Shown piece by piece: positions 26,544 to 36,979 of a stretch of 64,000 bases of DNA. The position numbers and the translations under genes are program-made. Under the pieces are notes generated by a model that did not search any database, was not told where the DNA came from, and was given only the letters and a program-made list of their open reading frames with translations. Each line of letters opens with the position of its first letter. The stretch's first letter is position 1. This stretch comes from an uncultured Solirubrobacterales bacterium (GTDB taxonomy: Bacteria; Actinomycetota; Thermoleophilia; Solirubrobacterales; Solirubrobacteraceae): contig CAWJDF010000002.1 in the NCBI GenBank assembly GCA_963841535.1, forward strand, positions 328,635-392,634. Direction: 5' to 3'.

Positions 26544-27926
26544 TCAGGCGGCGCGCCGGCCGTAGAACTCCGCCTCGGCCTCGCCCAACTCGGTGGCGGG
26601 CGCGTCGTCGTAGAACCACTCGCGGGCGACTCGGTGGAAGTTCCCGCGCGCGTGGAGCTGCGCCAGCACGGCCAGGGTGAGCACCTCCATGCGCCGGCCG
26701 AAGATGTGATCGGGCGGCGCGGACTCGTGGCGCAGCTGGCCGAAGTACTCCGAGCGCGGGTCGCTCATGTCGATCAGCACCTGGGTGGCGTACTCGGGGG
26801 TCAGCTCGGTGTCCTGGTCGATCGTGTACCAGGAGGTGGCGGCGCGGAAATGGGCCAGCACCCGCTGGGGGTCGAACTTGTCCGGCTCCGGGAAGAACCC
26901 GACCTCGGTGCCCAGCTGCATGATCGTGTCGACGTCGCCCTCGATGATCGCGCGCGCCACCTGGATCTCGAGCTCGACCGCACCGGGCGGCATCCGCTTG
27001 AACAGTCCGAAGTCGAAGAAGGCCATCCGCCCGTCGTCGAGCAGCATCGAGTTCCCGGGGTGGGGATCGCCCGAGAACTGGTGGTGGCGGTACAGGCACC
27101 CGAAGTAGAAGCGGAAGAGGATCTCGCCGATCCGGTCGCGCTCTTCCTGGGGGTAGCCCTTGAGGTCCTCGAAGCCGGTGCCCGAGACGAACGTGCTGAC
27201 CATCACGCGCTCGCGCGAGAGCGAGGTGATCACTTCGGGGATCACGATGAACGGGTGGCCGCGAAATATGCGCTGCAGCGTGCGCTGGTTCTGGGCCTCG
27301 AGCTCGTAGTCGAGCTCGTCGTGGATGCGCTCGGAGATCTCCCGGCCGATCGCGGCGGGGTCGAGACCGGGCGCGATCCGCTTGGCCAGGCGCAGGATGA
27401 GGCCGAGGTTCTGCATGTCCGACCGCACCGCGGCGGCCACACCCGGGTACTGGACCTTGACCGCCACCTCCCGGCCGTCATGCAGGCGGGCCCTGTAGAC
27501 CTGGCCGATCGAGGCGGCGGCGATCGGTTCCTCGTTGAACTCGGCGAACGCCTCCTTGAGCGGGTCGTCGAGCTCCTCTTCGATGACCTTACGCATGTCC
27601 TTGAAGGCAACGTTCGGCGCCGCGTCGCGCAGGGCGGCCAGCTTGCGCTGGAACTCGTCGCGGTACTCCTCCGGCACCAGGCCGACGTCGAGGAACGACA
27701 GCACCTGCCCGACCTTCATCGCCGCGCCCTTCATGGTCCCCAGGGCGGCCACGATCTGCTCGGCGGCCTCGATCTGGCGCTTCTCCAGCGCGACGCCGCG
27801 CTGCTCCTTGTTGCGTGTCACGTTGGCCGCGCGCGTGCCGGCCTGCCGAATCGCCTGCCCCGCGGCCAGCCCCCCGATCCTGGCAGTTCGCCCCACGCGC
27901 GAGGTGGGGATCTTGTCCTTGGCCAC
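26544..27926 (-). CDS. ABC1/AarF/UbiB-family atypical kinase
   Basis: MKGAAMKVGQ, AAASIGQVY, VAVKVQYPG, DPHPGN, DFG. Confidence 0.93.
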   Translation of the reverse strand: MAKDKIPTSRVGRTARIGGLAAGQAIRQAGTRAANVTRNKEQRGVALEKRQIEAAEQIVAALGTMKGAAMKVGQVLSFLDVGLVPEEYRDEFQRKLAALRDAAPNVAFKDMRKVIEEELDDPLKEAFAEFNEEPIAAASIGQVYRARLHDGREVAVKVQYPGVAAAVRSDMQNLGLILRLAKRIAPGLDPAAIGREISERIHDELDYELEAQNQRTLQRIFRGHPFIVIPEVITSLSRERVMVSTFVSGTGFEDLKGYPQEERDRIGEILFRFYFGCLYRHHQFSGDPHPGNSMLLDDGRMAFFDFGLFKRMPPGAVELEIQVARAIIEGDVDTIMQLGTEVGFFPEPDKFDPQRVLAHFRAATSWYTIDQDTELTPEYATQVLIDMSDPRSEYFGQLRHESAPPDHIFGRRMEVLTLAVLAQLHARGNFHRVAREWFYDDAPATELGEAEAEFYGRRAA

Positions 27927-27969
27927 TGTCCTTAGATGCTAGCTGGGAGGCGGGTCTCCTCGCCCCGCT

Positions 27970-28722
27970 TCACATGTGCAGGTACGAGGCCCCGTTGACG
28001 TCGAGCACCGTTCCACTCGCGAGCTCGGCCTCCGGCGAGGCGAGGTAGTAGATGGCCGCCGCGACCTCCTCAGCCGTGGCCACCCGTCCGAGCGGGCTTT
28101 CGGCGCGCCGCCTGCGGCCGCTCTCGCCCTTAAGTTCGGACGCCGCCATGTCGGTCTCGACGAAGCCCGGCGCCACCGCGGTGACCGAGATCCGCCGCGG
28201 GCCGAGCGCGCGGGCGAGCGACTGTCCGAACGCAATGAGCCCGGCCTTGCTCGCGCCGTACGCCGGATGGTTGGGCTCGCCTCGGAAGGCGCCGCGGGAG
28301 GAGACGTTGACGATCCGCCCGCCGGCGCCCATGTGGCGCAGGGCGCACCAGGTGACGTTGGCGGCGCCGATCAGGTTGACGCCGACCGTGTGCTTCCAGG
28401 CCTCCTGCCACTCCTCGTAGGTGGTCTCGGTGGCGGCGTGCGGCTCGAACACGCCGGCGTTGTTGACCAGGACGTCGATCCCGCCGAGCACGCTGGCCAC
28501 CTCGTCGACCATGCGCCGGACGGCCTCGGGGTCGGCCAGGTCCGCGCCGGCCACGACGTGCCCGTCGCCCGGGAGCGACGCGCGAAGCTGCATCGCCGCG
28601 TCGCGCTGCGACCCGTAATGCAGCCCGATGCTGTCGCCCGAGGCAGCGAAGGCCCGCGCCACCGCCGCGCCGATTCCCCGCGAGGCGCCGGTTACCAGCA
28701 CCGCCCGGCCGTCTGACGGCAC
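27970..28722 (-). CDS. SDR-family oxidoreductase
   Basis: TGASRGIG, NNAG, YGASK. Confidence 0.92.
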   Translation of the reverse strand: MPSDGRAVLVTGASRGIGAAVARAFAASGDSIGLHYGSQRDAAMQLRASLPGDGHVVAGADLADPEAVRRMVDEVASVLGGIDVLVNNAGVFEPHAATETTYEEWQEAWKHTVGVNLIGAANVTWCALRHMGAGGRIVNVSSRGAFRGEPNHPAYGASKAGLIAFGQSLARALGPRRISVTAVAPGFVETDMAASELKGESGRRRRAESPLGRVATAEEVAAAIYYLASPEAELASGTVLDVNGASYLHM

Positions 28723-28723
28723 C

Positions 28724-29473
28724 CTACGTGCCGCCGCGCTGCACCCGCGAGCCCGGCACGATGTCGTCCGCGCCGTCGGGCCAGCGCACCCACGCCTTGT
28801 GGCCGCCGTCGTAGTCCGGGCCCCACAGGATCAACGTCGCCGGCTGGCCGAGCGCGGCGCACGCCTCGTCGCCCTCGGAGTCCAGTCCCCGCCAGATGCG
28901 GACGAAGCCGTTGTGCTCGAGCTCGTCGGCCACGGTGGTCGGGTCGGTGTGCCCGGGGTGGATGTGCGTATGGGCGGGGAGCGCCAGGAGCCTGTCCATG
29001 ATCGAGGACTTGATGTCCGCGAACCCGGTGCTGCCGGGCGCGTGAACCCCGCCCACCGAGCCCTTGAACAGCGTGTCGCCGGTGAACACGTCGGTGCCGT
29101 TCACGAGCAGCGACAGCATCCCGGCCGTGTGGCCCGGGGTGTGGATCGGCTCGATGGTCAGCGCGCCGCTTTCGATCGTCTGTCCCGGGGCCATCGTCCC
29201 GGTGGCGGCCGGCACCCGGTCGCGCTCGAGCTCGTGGATCAGGACGGAGGCGTCGGGATGGCGGGCCAGCACCTTCCCGACCTCAGACACGTGGTCGTGG
29301 TGATGGTGGGTGAGGAGGATGTGAGTCAGCGTGAGCTGACCGCGCCGCAGGTAGTCGAGCAGCGGCTCGACCGGGCCGCCGGCGTCGATCATCACCGCGT
29401 GACCGTCCGGCTCGTCCGCCACGACATATGTGTTGGACAGGAAGTCGTCGTTCATCGAGCGCTCGACGATCAC
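28724..29473 (-). CDS. Glyoxalase II-like MBL-fold hydrolase
   Basis: THHHHDH, TPGHT, FTGDTLF, PGH; divergent from a glyoxalase I-like gene. Confidence 0.88.
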   Translation of the reverse strand: MIVERSMNDDFLSNTYVVADEPDGHAVMIDAGGPVEPLLDYLRRGQLTLTHILLTHHHHDHVSEVGKVLARHPDASVLIHELERDRVPAATGTMAPGQTIESGALTIEPIHTPGHTAGMLSLLVNGTDVFTGDTLFKGSVGGVHAPGSTGFADIKSSIMDRLLALPAHTHIHPGHTDPTTVADELEHNGFVRIWRGLDSEGDEACAALGQPATLILWGPDYDGGHKAWVRWPDGADDIVPGSRVQRGGT

Positions 29474-29505
29474 ACCCGGCAGCGTACTCGTTAGCCTGCG
29501 CAGTC

Positions 29506-29883
29506 ATGAGCCTTCTGCACACGTGCTACCGCATCACCGACATCGACCGCTCGGTCGCCTTCTACGAGGCGCTTGGCTTCGAAGAGCGCCGCCGCGCGCC
29601 GATCCGCGAGGAGGCGATCAACGTCTTCATGAGCCTCCCCGACGACGGTCCCGAGCCCAAGCTCGAGCTGACCTACAACTTCGGCGTCGACTCCTACGAG
29701 CTCGGCACCGCGTACGGCCACATCGCGATCGCCGCCCCCGACCTCGACGCCACGCTCGCGCGGCTCAAGGAGCAGGGGATCGAGCCCGAGCGACCGCCGT
29801 ACACGGTGAGCGAGGGCGGCAACCGCCTGTGCTTCGTGCGCGATCCGGATAACTACCGGATCGAGCTGATCGAGCGCGGCTGA
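29506..29883 (+). CDS. VOC-family lactoylglutathione lyase (glyoxalase I)-like protein
   Basis: HTCYRITDIDRSVAFY, LELTYN, YGHIAI, FVRDPDNYRIELIE. Confidence 0.9.
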   Translation: MSLLHTCYRITDIDRSVAFYEALGFEERRRAPIREEAINVFMSLPDDGPEPKLELTYNFGVDSYELGTAYGHIAIAAPDLDATLARLKEQGIEPERPPYTVSEGGNRLCFVRDPDNYRIELIERG

Positions 29884-29905
29884 ACCGCTAGCCTTCGAGG
29901 CCTCG

Positions 29906-30244
29906 ATGGCCGACCCGTCCAAGATCGCCATCCTGCTCAAGCAGGTCGCCATGGGCGTGAACGCCCACGACCGCGAGAACCCCGACCACCACACCTGGGG
30001 TATCGGGATGGCGCATTTCGACATCGAGCGTCTCGGCCTCGATGAAGGCGAGGAGCTGATCCCCGGCATCGTCCTTCAAGCCGACGGCGGCCAGACGGGT
30101 CAGTTCCGCATCCTGTGCGACGGCCAGCACGACCAGGGCGAGGTCGAGGAGGAGGAAGAGATCGTCGATGCGGTGGCCGAGCAGGAGCTCGCCGAGCCCC
30201 TGCAGGCGCCGGGGCCGGCGCCCCGGGTCAGGCCACCCTTCTAG
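29906..30244 (+). CDS. Acidic hypothetical protein
   Basis: Strong GC3 coding bias; GAGG SD. Confidence 0.75.
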   Translation: MADPSKIAILLKQVAMGVNAHDRENPDHHTWGIGMAHFDIERLGLDEGEELIPGIVLQADGGQTGQFRILCDGQHDQGEVEEEEEIVDAVAEQELAEPLQAPGPAPRVRPPF

Positions 30245-30286
30245 AGACGCGGTCGGGGGCCGGATCAAGATCGAGGATCGAGGATC

Positions 30287-31948
30287 GTGACCGGGACCGC
30301 ATCGACAACCGCGATCGGCGCCGTCCGCCTGCTCGAGTCACTCGAGCGGCTCGGCGTGGAGCTCGTGTTCGGTCTGCCCGGCGTCCACAACCTCCCGATC
30401 TGGAAGGCGCTCTCGGAGTCCGACATCCGCCTGGTCGGCGTCCGCCACGAGCAGACCGCCGCATATGCCGCCGACGGCTACGCCCGCGCCACCGGCAAGC
30501 TCGGGGTGGCCGTGGTGACGACCGGGCCGGGGGCGGCCAACACGCTGGGCGCCACCGGCGAGGCGATGGCCGCCGGCTCGCCCGTGCTGGTGATCGCCAC
30601 CGACATCGCGACCTCGCTCCGCCGCGAGGGCGTCTACGGCGGCACCCTGCACGAGACGCGCGACCAGACCGCGATGTTCGTCCCGGTGACCAAGGGCGCA
30701 CGGATGCTGGCCAGTGCCGAGGAGATCGCCTCCGCCGCGCTCGAGTCCGGCCGGCTGGCGCTGGCCGCGCCGACGGGTCCGGTGTATCTCGGGGTGCCGA
30801 CCGATCTGCTCTCGCAAGAGGCCTCCGCCGGCGCGCCGGGGCACGAATCGCACGCGCCCGCCCCGGACGCCGCGCCCGCGCCGGCGGCTCTCGACCGCGC
30901 GGCCGAATGGCTGGCTGGGGCCGAGCGTCCGCTCATCTGGGCCGGCAGCGGTGCGCTCCGGGCCGGCGCAGGAGCCCTGGTCGGCGAGCTTGCCGTCAAG
31001 CTGGCGGCGCCGGTGCTCACCACATACATGGGCCGCGGCCTGCTCGCTCCCGAGCACCCCTGCGTCGTCAACGGTCCGGTGCATGCGCCGGAGGTCGGCG
31101 CCCTGTGGGACGAGGCGGACGTCGTGCTGGCCGTCGGCACCGACTTCGACGGGACCAACACGCAGAACTGGAAGATGCCCGCACCGCCGACGCTGATCGC
31201 CGTGAACGTCGATCAGACCGAGGCGAGCAAGAACTACGCCGCCGACTTGGCGCTGATCGGCGACGCCCGCGAAGTGCTCGAGGCGCTGGTTCCGCGCGTC
31301 GACGCGCGCCCCGGTCTCCGGAGTCTGGAGCGTCGCCTGACTCAGATCGGCGCCGAGGTCTCGGCCTGGGTGCGCGACGACGAGCCCGGCGCCGCGGACC
31401 TTCTCGAGACCATGCACCGCGTGCTGCCCGAGGACGCGGTGGTGGTCACCGACATGTGCATCCCCGGCTACTGGCTGGGCGGCTACTGGCAGGTCCCGGC
31501 CCCGCGCAAGCTGGCCTATCCATTGGGCTGGGGCACGCTCGGGTTCGGGTTCCCGGCCTCGCTGGGGGCCGCGCTGGCCGGCGCCGGGCCGACTGTGTGC
31601 GTGTGCGGCGACGGGGGCTTCATGTACGCCTGCGGTGAGCTCGCCACCGTGGTGCAGGAGCGGATTCCGGTCACGATCGTGCTGGTCGACGACGGCGGCT
31701 ACGGCATGCTGCGCTTCGACCAGGTCCTGGCCGGCGAGGAGCCCTTCGGCGTGGACCTCCTCACGCCCGACTTCGCCGCATTGGCCGGCTCGTTCGGGCT
31801 GCCGAGCACGCCCGTGGAGGATTTCGGGCCCGAGTTCGAGGAGGCCCTGCGCGCCTCGCTCGCCGCCGGGGACCCGCGGGTGATCCTGGTCCGCGCCTCG
31901 CTCAAGCCCCCGCCCACCACGTCCCCGCGCTGGTACCGAAAGGCGTGA
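30287..31948 (+). CDS. ThDP-dependent enzyme (acetolactate synthase-like superfamily)
   Basis: FGLPGVH, RHEQ, TTGPG, GDGGF...DDGGYG. Confidence 0.92.
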   Translation: MTGTASTTAIGAVRLLESLERLGVELVFGLPGVHNLPIWKALSESDIRLVGVRHEQTAAYAADGYARATGKLGVAVVTTGPGAANTLGATGEAMAAGSPVLVIATDIATSLRREGVYGGTLHETRDQTAMFVPVTKGARMLASAEEIASAALESGRLALAAPTGPVYLGVPTDLLSQEASAGAPGHESHAPAPDAAPAPAALDRAAEWLAGAERPLIWAGSGALRAGAGALVGELAVKLAAPVLTTYMGRGLLAPEHPCVVNGPVHAPEVGALWDEADVVLAVGTDFDGTNTQNWKMPAPPTLIAVNVDQTEASKNYAADLALIGDAREVLEALVPRVDARPGLRSLERRLTQIGAEVSAWVRDDEPGAADLLETMHRVLPEDAVVVTDMCIPGYWLGGYWQVPAPRKLAYPLGWGTLGFGFPASLGAALAGAGPTVCVCGDGGFMYACGELATVVQERIPVTIVLVDDGGYGMLRFDQVLAGEEPFGVDLLTPDFAALAGSFGLPSTPVEDFGPEFEEALRASLAAGDPRVILVRASLKPPPTTSPRWYRKA

Positions 31949-31952
31949 CGCG

Positions 31953-32840
31953 GTGACGTACTCGATCGTCGCCCGAGATCCGGACACTGGGGAGCTCGGC
32001 GTGGCGGTCCAATCTCATTGGTTCTCGGTTGGCTCGATCGTCACCTGGGCTCAGCCCGGCGTCGGCGCCGTGGCCACCCAGGCCAACGCCGAGCCGGCCT
32101 ACGGGCCGGACGCCCTCGCCCTGCTGGCCGACGGTGTGCCGGCGTCCGACGCGCTCGAGCGGCTCGTGGCCGCCGACCCCGGCGGTCCGTCTCGCCAGGT
32201 GGCTGTGGTCGACGCGGCCGGCCGGGTCGGCGTGCACACCGGCCCGAAGTGCATCGCGCACGCCGGCCACATCGCCGGCCAGGGCGTCTCGTGCCAGGCC
32301 AACATCATGGTCTCGGACCGCGTATGGCCGGCCATGCTCGACGCGTTCGGCGCGGGCTCAGGCTCGCTCACGTCCCGCCTCCTCGACGCGCTCGACGCCG
32401 CCGAGCGCGAGGGCGGCGATCTCCGCGGCCGCCAGTCGGCCGCGATCCTGGTCGTCCCGGCCGAGGGCGAGCCGTGGCGGACGCTCGTCTCGCTGCGCGT
32501 GGAGGACCATCCCGAGCCTCTCCCCGAGCTGCGCCGGCTGGTCATCCTGCACGACGCCTATGGGCTGGCCGGGGAGGCCGACGAGCTGCTGAATGCCGGG
32601 CGCCACGACGAGGCGGCGCGCCTGTACGTGCGGGCCAGCGAGCGCGCCCCGGACAACCACGAGCTGCTGTTCTGGGCCGGGCTCGGCACGGTCCAGGCCG
32701 GCGACCTCGAAGGCGGCGTGGCCAAGGTGGAGGCGGCCATCGACCTTCAGCCGACCTGGCGCGAGTTGCTGCCGCGCCTGCCCGCCGAGCTCGCGCCGTC
32801 GGTTCCGGCCGTCCTCGCCCGTCTGACCGCCGGCGGTTAG
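31953..32840 (+). CDS. DUF1028 (Ntn-hydrolase-like) protein with TPR-like C-terminus
   Basis: MTYSIVARDP...GVAVQSHW, GGDLRGRQSAA, LRVEDHPEP. Confidence 0.9.
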   Translation: MTYSIVARDPDTGELGVAVQSHWFSVGSIVTWAQPGVGAVATQANAEPAYGPDALALLADGVPASDALERLVAADPGGPSRQVAVVDAAGRVGVHTGPKCIAHAGHIAGQGVSCQANIMVSDRVWPAMLDAFGAGSGSLTSRLLDALDAAEREGGDLRGRQSAAILVVPAEGEPWRTLVSLRVEDHPEPLPELRRLVILHDAYGLAGEADELLNAGRHDEAARLYVRASERAPDNHELLFWAGLGTVQAGDLEGGVAKVEAAIDLQPTWRELLPRLPAELAPSVPAVLARLTAGG

Positions 32841-32874
32841 GCAGATAACTCGCGGATAGCGCGAGTTATCTGCC
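32840..32874. terminator. Perfect 15-bp hairpin between convergent genes
   Basis: GGCAGATAACTCGCG-GATAG-CGCGAGTTATCTGCC. Confidence 0.75.
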
Positions 32875-32883
32875 AAGCGGCGG

Positions 32884-33597
32884 TCAGACCACCTGTCGGG
32901 CCGGCTCTTCGACGCCGCCGCGATCGCGCCACTCCTTGAGCACCATCAGCGAGCCGTCGATGATCCGGTCGACGAACATCTTCGAGTCGTTGAGCCGCGG
33001 AAACTCCGCGTCCGGGACGTCGACCTCGAGGAAGCGGCAGAGCGGCTCCCATCCCTCCTGGACGTTCCACACGAGCAGCCGGTCCTCGGGGATGTTGCGC
33101 TGGACCTGATCCTGATAGCGCGCGATCGCCTCGGCCAGCTGACCCGGTCGAAGCTCGCTGCCGGCGAAGATGCCCTGGGCGGCCCACATCCTGGTCATCA
33201 GCTGCATATACGCGCGCCAGTCGGGATCGACGAGCTCCCGGGCCTTGGAGATGTGGGCCATCGCGGAGTTTCCGTAGATCACGCCCCAGATCGTGTCGAT
33301 CATGCTCTTTTCCCACGCCTCGGGATCGCGGGTGCTGAGCACGATCTTCGCGTCCGGGTAGGCCTCGGCCAGCTCGCGATAGAAGAAGGATCCCGGCCAG
33401 TCGACGGTCGACTCGTGCTCGCCGAACACCTCGTCCCAGTCCACCCCGCTATCGATGGCCTGCTCCCACTGCTTGGCCAGCGGGAGGTTGGTGAGGACAT
33501 TGACCATGTGGTAGCAGGGGCCGAACCCGAGCATCTCGAGCGCGACCTTCTGCGAGAGCGTGCCGGTACGTGGGAGTCCCGCGCCGATCACCTTCAT
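32884..33597 (-). CDS. Sulfotransferase-family (Sulfotransfer_4-like) P-loop protein
   Basis: MKVIGAGLPRTGTLS, CYHM, VDWP, GWEPLCRFL, FPRLN. Confidence 0.9.
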   Translation of the reverse strand: MKVIGAGLPRTGTLSQKVALEMLGFGPCYHMVNVLTNLPLAKQWEQAIDSGVDWDEVFGEHESTVDWPGSFFYRELAEAYPDAKIVLSTRDPEAWEKSMIDTIWGVIYGNSAMAHISKARELVDPDWRAYMQLMTRMWAAQGIFAGSELRPGQLAEAIARYQDQVQRNIPEDRLLVWNVQEGWEPLCRFLEVDVPDAEFPRLNDSKMFVDRIIDGSLMVLKEWRDRGGVEEPARQVV

Positions 33598-34397
33598 GCA
33601 CTTCCTCCTGTCTGCGTTGGCTCGGCGACGATCACGTAGTAGCCGAGGTGAAGCTCATCCATCGTGAGCAATTCGCGGTGGCGTTCGTACCACCTGCCGT
33701 TCCGGAGGTCCGCGCCGAGCGCATCGGTCGCGCGGTCCACGGCGGCGGAGCTTACCTGCGCGAACACCGAGATGCCCGCGCGGACGTTCGGGTCGAGGTA
33801 CGCCTCCGGGCGGCGCCAATACGCCCCGTAGAACCCGTCCTGGCAATCGTGCGGCACCGGTACGGGCGTGAGCTCAACCTCGCCGAGGGCGCTCCTGAGC
33901 TCGCCCTCCCAGGTCCCGGGCACCCCGTAGCGGGCCGGGATCAGCTCGAGGAATTCGGGCAGATACTCGGTGGTCAGCCAGAACAGGCCCGCCTCCCCGG
34001 GGTCGGCGTTGAGCAGCACGATCCGGTGGCGCGCCACGCGGCGCAGCTCGGCGAATCCGCGCCGGCGGTCGCTCCAGTGGTGATCGCTCAGCACGGCCAT
34101 CACCGCGTCGAACGAGTCGTCGGCGAACGGCAGCTCCTCGGCCCGCCCCTGGACCACCCGCGCGGCGCCCGCCGGCCGCTGGGCGATCATCACCGGCGAG
34201 GGCTCGAGCGCCACCACCTCCCGGTCGGCCGGCTCGTAGTGGCCGGTGCCCGCGCCAACGTTCAGCACGGTACGGGCGTCGCCGAGTGCGTTCCAGATGG
34301 TCGCGGCGATTCGCGGGTCGGTCTTGCGGGTGCTCGTGTAGGTCCGGCCGATGCGGTCGTACAGATCGGCGCGCTGCTCGCCCCAGGGCGTGATCAC
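33594..34397 (-). CDS. Class I SAM-dependent methyltransferase
   Basis: VLNVGAGTG, AEELPFADDSFD. Confidence 0.9.
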   Translation of the reverse strand: MITPWGEQRADLYDRIGRTYTSTRKTDPRIAATIWNALGDARTVLNVGAGTGHYEPADREVVALEPSPVMIAQRPAGAARVVQGRAEELPFADDSFDAVMAVLSDHHWSDRRRGFAELRRVARHRIVLLNADPGEAGLFWLTTEYLPEFLELIPARYGVPGTWEGELRSALGEVELTPVPVPHDCQDGFYGAYWRRPEAYLDPNVRAGISVFAQVSSAAVDRATDALGADLRNGRWYERHRELLTMDELHLGYYVIVAEPTQTGGSA

Positions 34398-35983
34398 GGG
34401 TCGATCAGCACGCCGGGGTTGAGCGCGCCGCTCGGGTCGAGCGCCGCCTTGGCCGCGCGCAGTGCGGTCGCGAACGGCTCGGGACGCTGACGGTCATACC
34501 AGGGCCGGTGCGAGCGGCCGACCGCGTGGTGGTGGGTGACGGTGCCTCCGCCCTCGATCACCGCGTCCGAGGCAGCCCGCTTGATCGCGGCCCACTGCTC
34601 GAGCTCCTCGCCCCGTCTGGCCGGGGCGAGGATCGTGTAGTAGGGGGCGGGACCGTCGGGATACACGTGCGTGAAGCGGCACGTAACTGCGCCCTCGCCG
34701 CAGGTTTCGCGCACCGCGGCCATCGTGTCGGCCAGCACCCGCTCGTGGAAGGCCGGGAAGCGCTCCCAGGTGATCGCGGTCTCGAACGTCTCGGACAGCA
34801 CTCCGATGGCTACGAACACATCTCGCAGGTAAGGGGCGCGCAGGAACGCCTCGCGCCAGCTCCCCACCGCCTCGCCCGAGGCTCCGCCGCCGCCGCGTCG
34901 CTCCCACGAACCGCCGTGCGCGGCGCAGCACTCGAGCGCGCTGGTCATCCAGCCCTCGACGTCGTGCCCGGCCGACTCGAACCCGAGCACGAGCACCGCG
35001 TGCGTGCCGTCCCCCGCGCCGGTCACCTCGGCCTCACGGGCGTCGATCAGGCGGCAGTTGGTCGGGTACAAGCCGGACTGCGAGAGCTCCCTGACCGCTT
35101 GCGCCCCCGCCATGAAGTCCGCGAAGCGCACCGGTGCCGAGGCGCGGTGGACCGGGCGCGGGCGGACGCGAACCCATGCCTCGGTGATGATCCCGAGCGT
35201 CCCCTCGGACCCGATCAGCATGCGGTCGGGCGACACCCCGGCGCCCGAGCCGGGCAGCCGCCGCGATTCCCACACGCCCGCGGGCGTGACCGCCCGGACC
35301 GACTCGACCAGGTCGTCGATGTGGGTGTACAGCGTCGCGAAGTGGCCGCCGGCACGCGTGGCGATCCAGCCGCCCAGCGTCGAGAACTGAAACGACTGGG
35401 GGAAGTGGCGCAGGGTGAGACCCTGCTCGCCGAGTTGCTCCTCGAGCCCCGGACCCGTGGCGCCGGCCTGGATGCGCGCCGAGAGCGAGACCGGGTCGAC
35501 TTCGAGGACGCGGTCGAGGGCCTTCAGGTCGATCGTCACCACGCCGGCGAAGTCCTCGCACCCGGCGCCCGCCTCCACCCCGCCCACCACGCTCGTGCCG
35601 CCCCCGAACGGGATCACCGCCGCGCCGGCCGAGACGGCCCACTCGAGCGTCGCGCGCACCTCGGCCTCGCTCCGGGGGTGCGCCACCACGTCCGGGGGAT
35701 GGTCGAACCGGCCCCGGAACGCGCGCACCACGTCGGTGTAAGACCGGCCGTACGCGTGAAGTGCCCGCTGATAGTCGTCGGTGGCGCAGATCGGGTCGAG
35801 GTCGGGCGGCGGGCGCAGGCGCGGCGCGGGCAGCGCGACCTCGGAGAGCGCCACCGCGGGCTCGGGCTCGGCCGAGCCGAAGCCCAGGCGGTCGGTGAGG
35901 AATTGGGCGGCGCCGCGGAGCTCCTCGGGTGAGGGCTGCTCGTCCTCGTAGCCCCACCCCCAGTGCTTGCGTCGCCGCTCCAC
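34394..35983 (-). CDS. FAD-binding oxidoreductase (alkyl-DHAP synthase-like, FAD_binding_4)
   Basis: KHWGWG, PFGGGTSVVGG, HFPQSFQFSTLGGW, THHHAVG, LNPG. Confidence 0.9.
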   Translation of the reverse strand: MERRRKHWGWGYEDEQPSPEELRGAAQFLTDRLGFGSAEPEPAVALSEVALPAPRLRPPPDLDPICATDDYQRALHAYGRSYTDVVRAFRGRFDHPPDVVAHPRSEAEVRATLEWAVSAGAAVIPFGGGTSVVGGVEAGAGCEDFAGVVTIDLKALDRVLEVDPVSLSARIQAGATGPGLEEQLGEQGLTLRHFPQSFQFSTLGGWIATRAGGHFATLYTHIDDLVESVRAVTPAGVWESRRLPGSGAGVSPDRMLIGSEGTLGIITEAWVRVRPRPVHRASAPVRFADFMAGAQAVRELSQSGLYPTNCRLIDAREAEVTGAGDGTHAVLVLGFESAGHDVEGWMTSALECCAAHGGSWERRGGGGASGEAVGSWREAFLRAPYLRDVFVAIGVLSETFETAITWERFPAFHERVLADTMAAVRETCGEGAVTCRFTHVYPDGPAPYYTILAPARRGEELEQWAAIKRAASDAVIEGGGTVTHHHAVGRSHRPWYDRQRPEPFATALRAAKAALDPSGALNPGVLIDP

Positions 35984-36008
35984 GGGTGCCGACGGTACCT
36001 TGTGGGGC

Positions 36009-36659
36009 GTGGCCGTATCCGCCGGCGTCCTGGCCCGTGGTCCCTGGCAACCAGGCCAGGTCGACGTGGCCTGGCGGGCCGATGCCTTCGACCCGCCGGG
36101 CGAGGCCACCGACGCGGCGGACCTCGCGCTCGATGCGCTGCGGCGTCGTGGCTCGCCCAGCCACGACGGATTCGCGGCGCGCCTGGTCGACTTCTCCACC
36201 ACCACCGATCGGTTGTCGCTCGAGCTTCAGCCCGTGCGCTGGGCGCTCCGGCTCCTCACCGACGACGCGGCGCGGAGCCTGTCGGTCCTGTGCACGGTTC
36301 GCGCCGCGGACGGCCGCTGGCTGGCCGGGCGCCGCGCCGAGTGGCTCGCCTCGTGGGCGGGGCGCTGGGCGCTGGGGGCGGGCGGGTCGGTCGAGGTCGA
36401 CGAGAACCCGGTCGACACGATGGGCCGCGAGCTGCGCGAGGAGTGGTCGGTCGAGCCCGAGCGGATCCGCGCCGAGGCGCTCATCCTGTTGCCGAGCGAG
36501 TTGGTGATGCTGGTCGGCCAGGCCTGGCTCCCGGACGGCGCCAGCGTGACGCCCGACGACGAGCACGACGAGTACGCCTGGTGGCCGGCCGAGCCGGACC
36601 GCTGGCCCGACGAGGCGCACGAGGCGCTGCGCCGCGTGGCCACGCTGATCTCGAGCTGA
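36009..36659 (+). CDS. NUDIX hydrolase
   Basis: GGSVEVDENPVDTMGRELREEW Nudix box. Confidence 0.8.
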   Translation: MAVSAGVLARGPWQPGQVDVAWRADAFDPPGEATDAADLALDALRRRGSPSHDGFAARLVDFSTTTDRLSLELQPVRWALRLLTDDAARSLSVLCTVRAADGRWLAGRRAEWLASWAGRWALGAGGSVEVDENPVDTMGRELREEWSVEPERIRAEALILLPSELVMLVGQAWLPDGASVTPDDEHDEYAWWPAEPDRWPDEAHEALRRVATLISS

Positions 36660-36979
36660 TGCGCGCGGTCACCTTCGGGCGCCTGGAGGCCGTCTCGTTC
36701 ACGCACTCGTGCGTCTACCTGGCGCTGCTCATCTGCGCCTTCGCGCTCGGCAACCCCCAGCCCGAGACGTTCATCCTGGGCATGTCGCACGGCCTGCTCT
36801 GGATCGGGATGTCGCTCGTGTGCATCGCCGCCGCGCGGGTGCGCATCATCCCGTGGTGGCTCGCCGTGACCGTCGCGGTTCTGGGTGGACTGGGCCCATT
36901 TGCGGGCACGATCGGCTTCGTGATCGAGGAGCGGCGGCGTAGGCAGCGCGCGCCATCCCGGCTACCCTTGGAGACCTAA
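36659..36979 (+). CDS. Small membrane protein (DUF3817-like)
   Basis: TGATG coupling; LGMSHGLLW motif, three TM segments. Confidence 0.7.
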   Translation: MRAVTFGRLEAVSFTHSCVYLALLICAFALGNPQPETFILGMSHGLLWIGMSLVCIAAARVRIIPWWLAVTVAVLGGLGPFAGTIGFVIEERRRRQRAPSRLPLET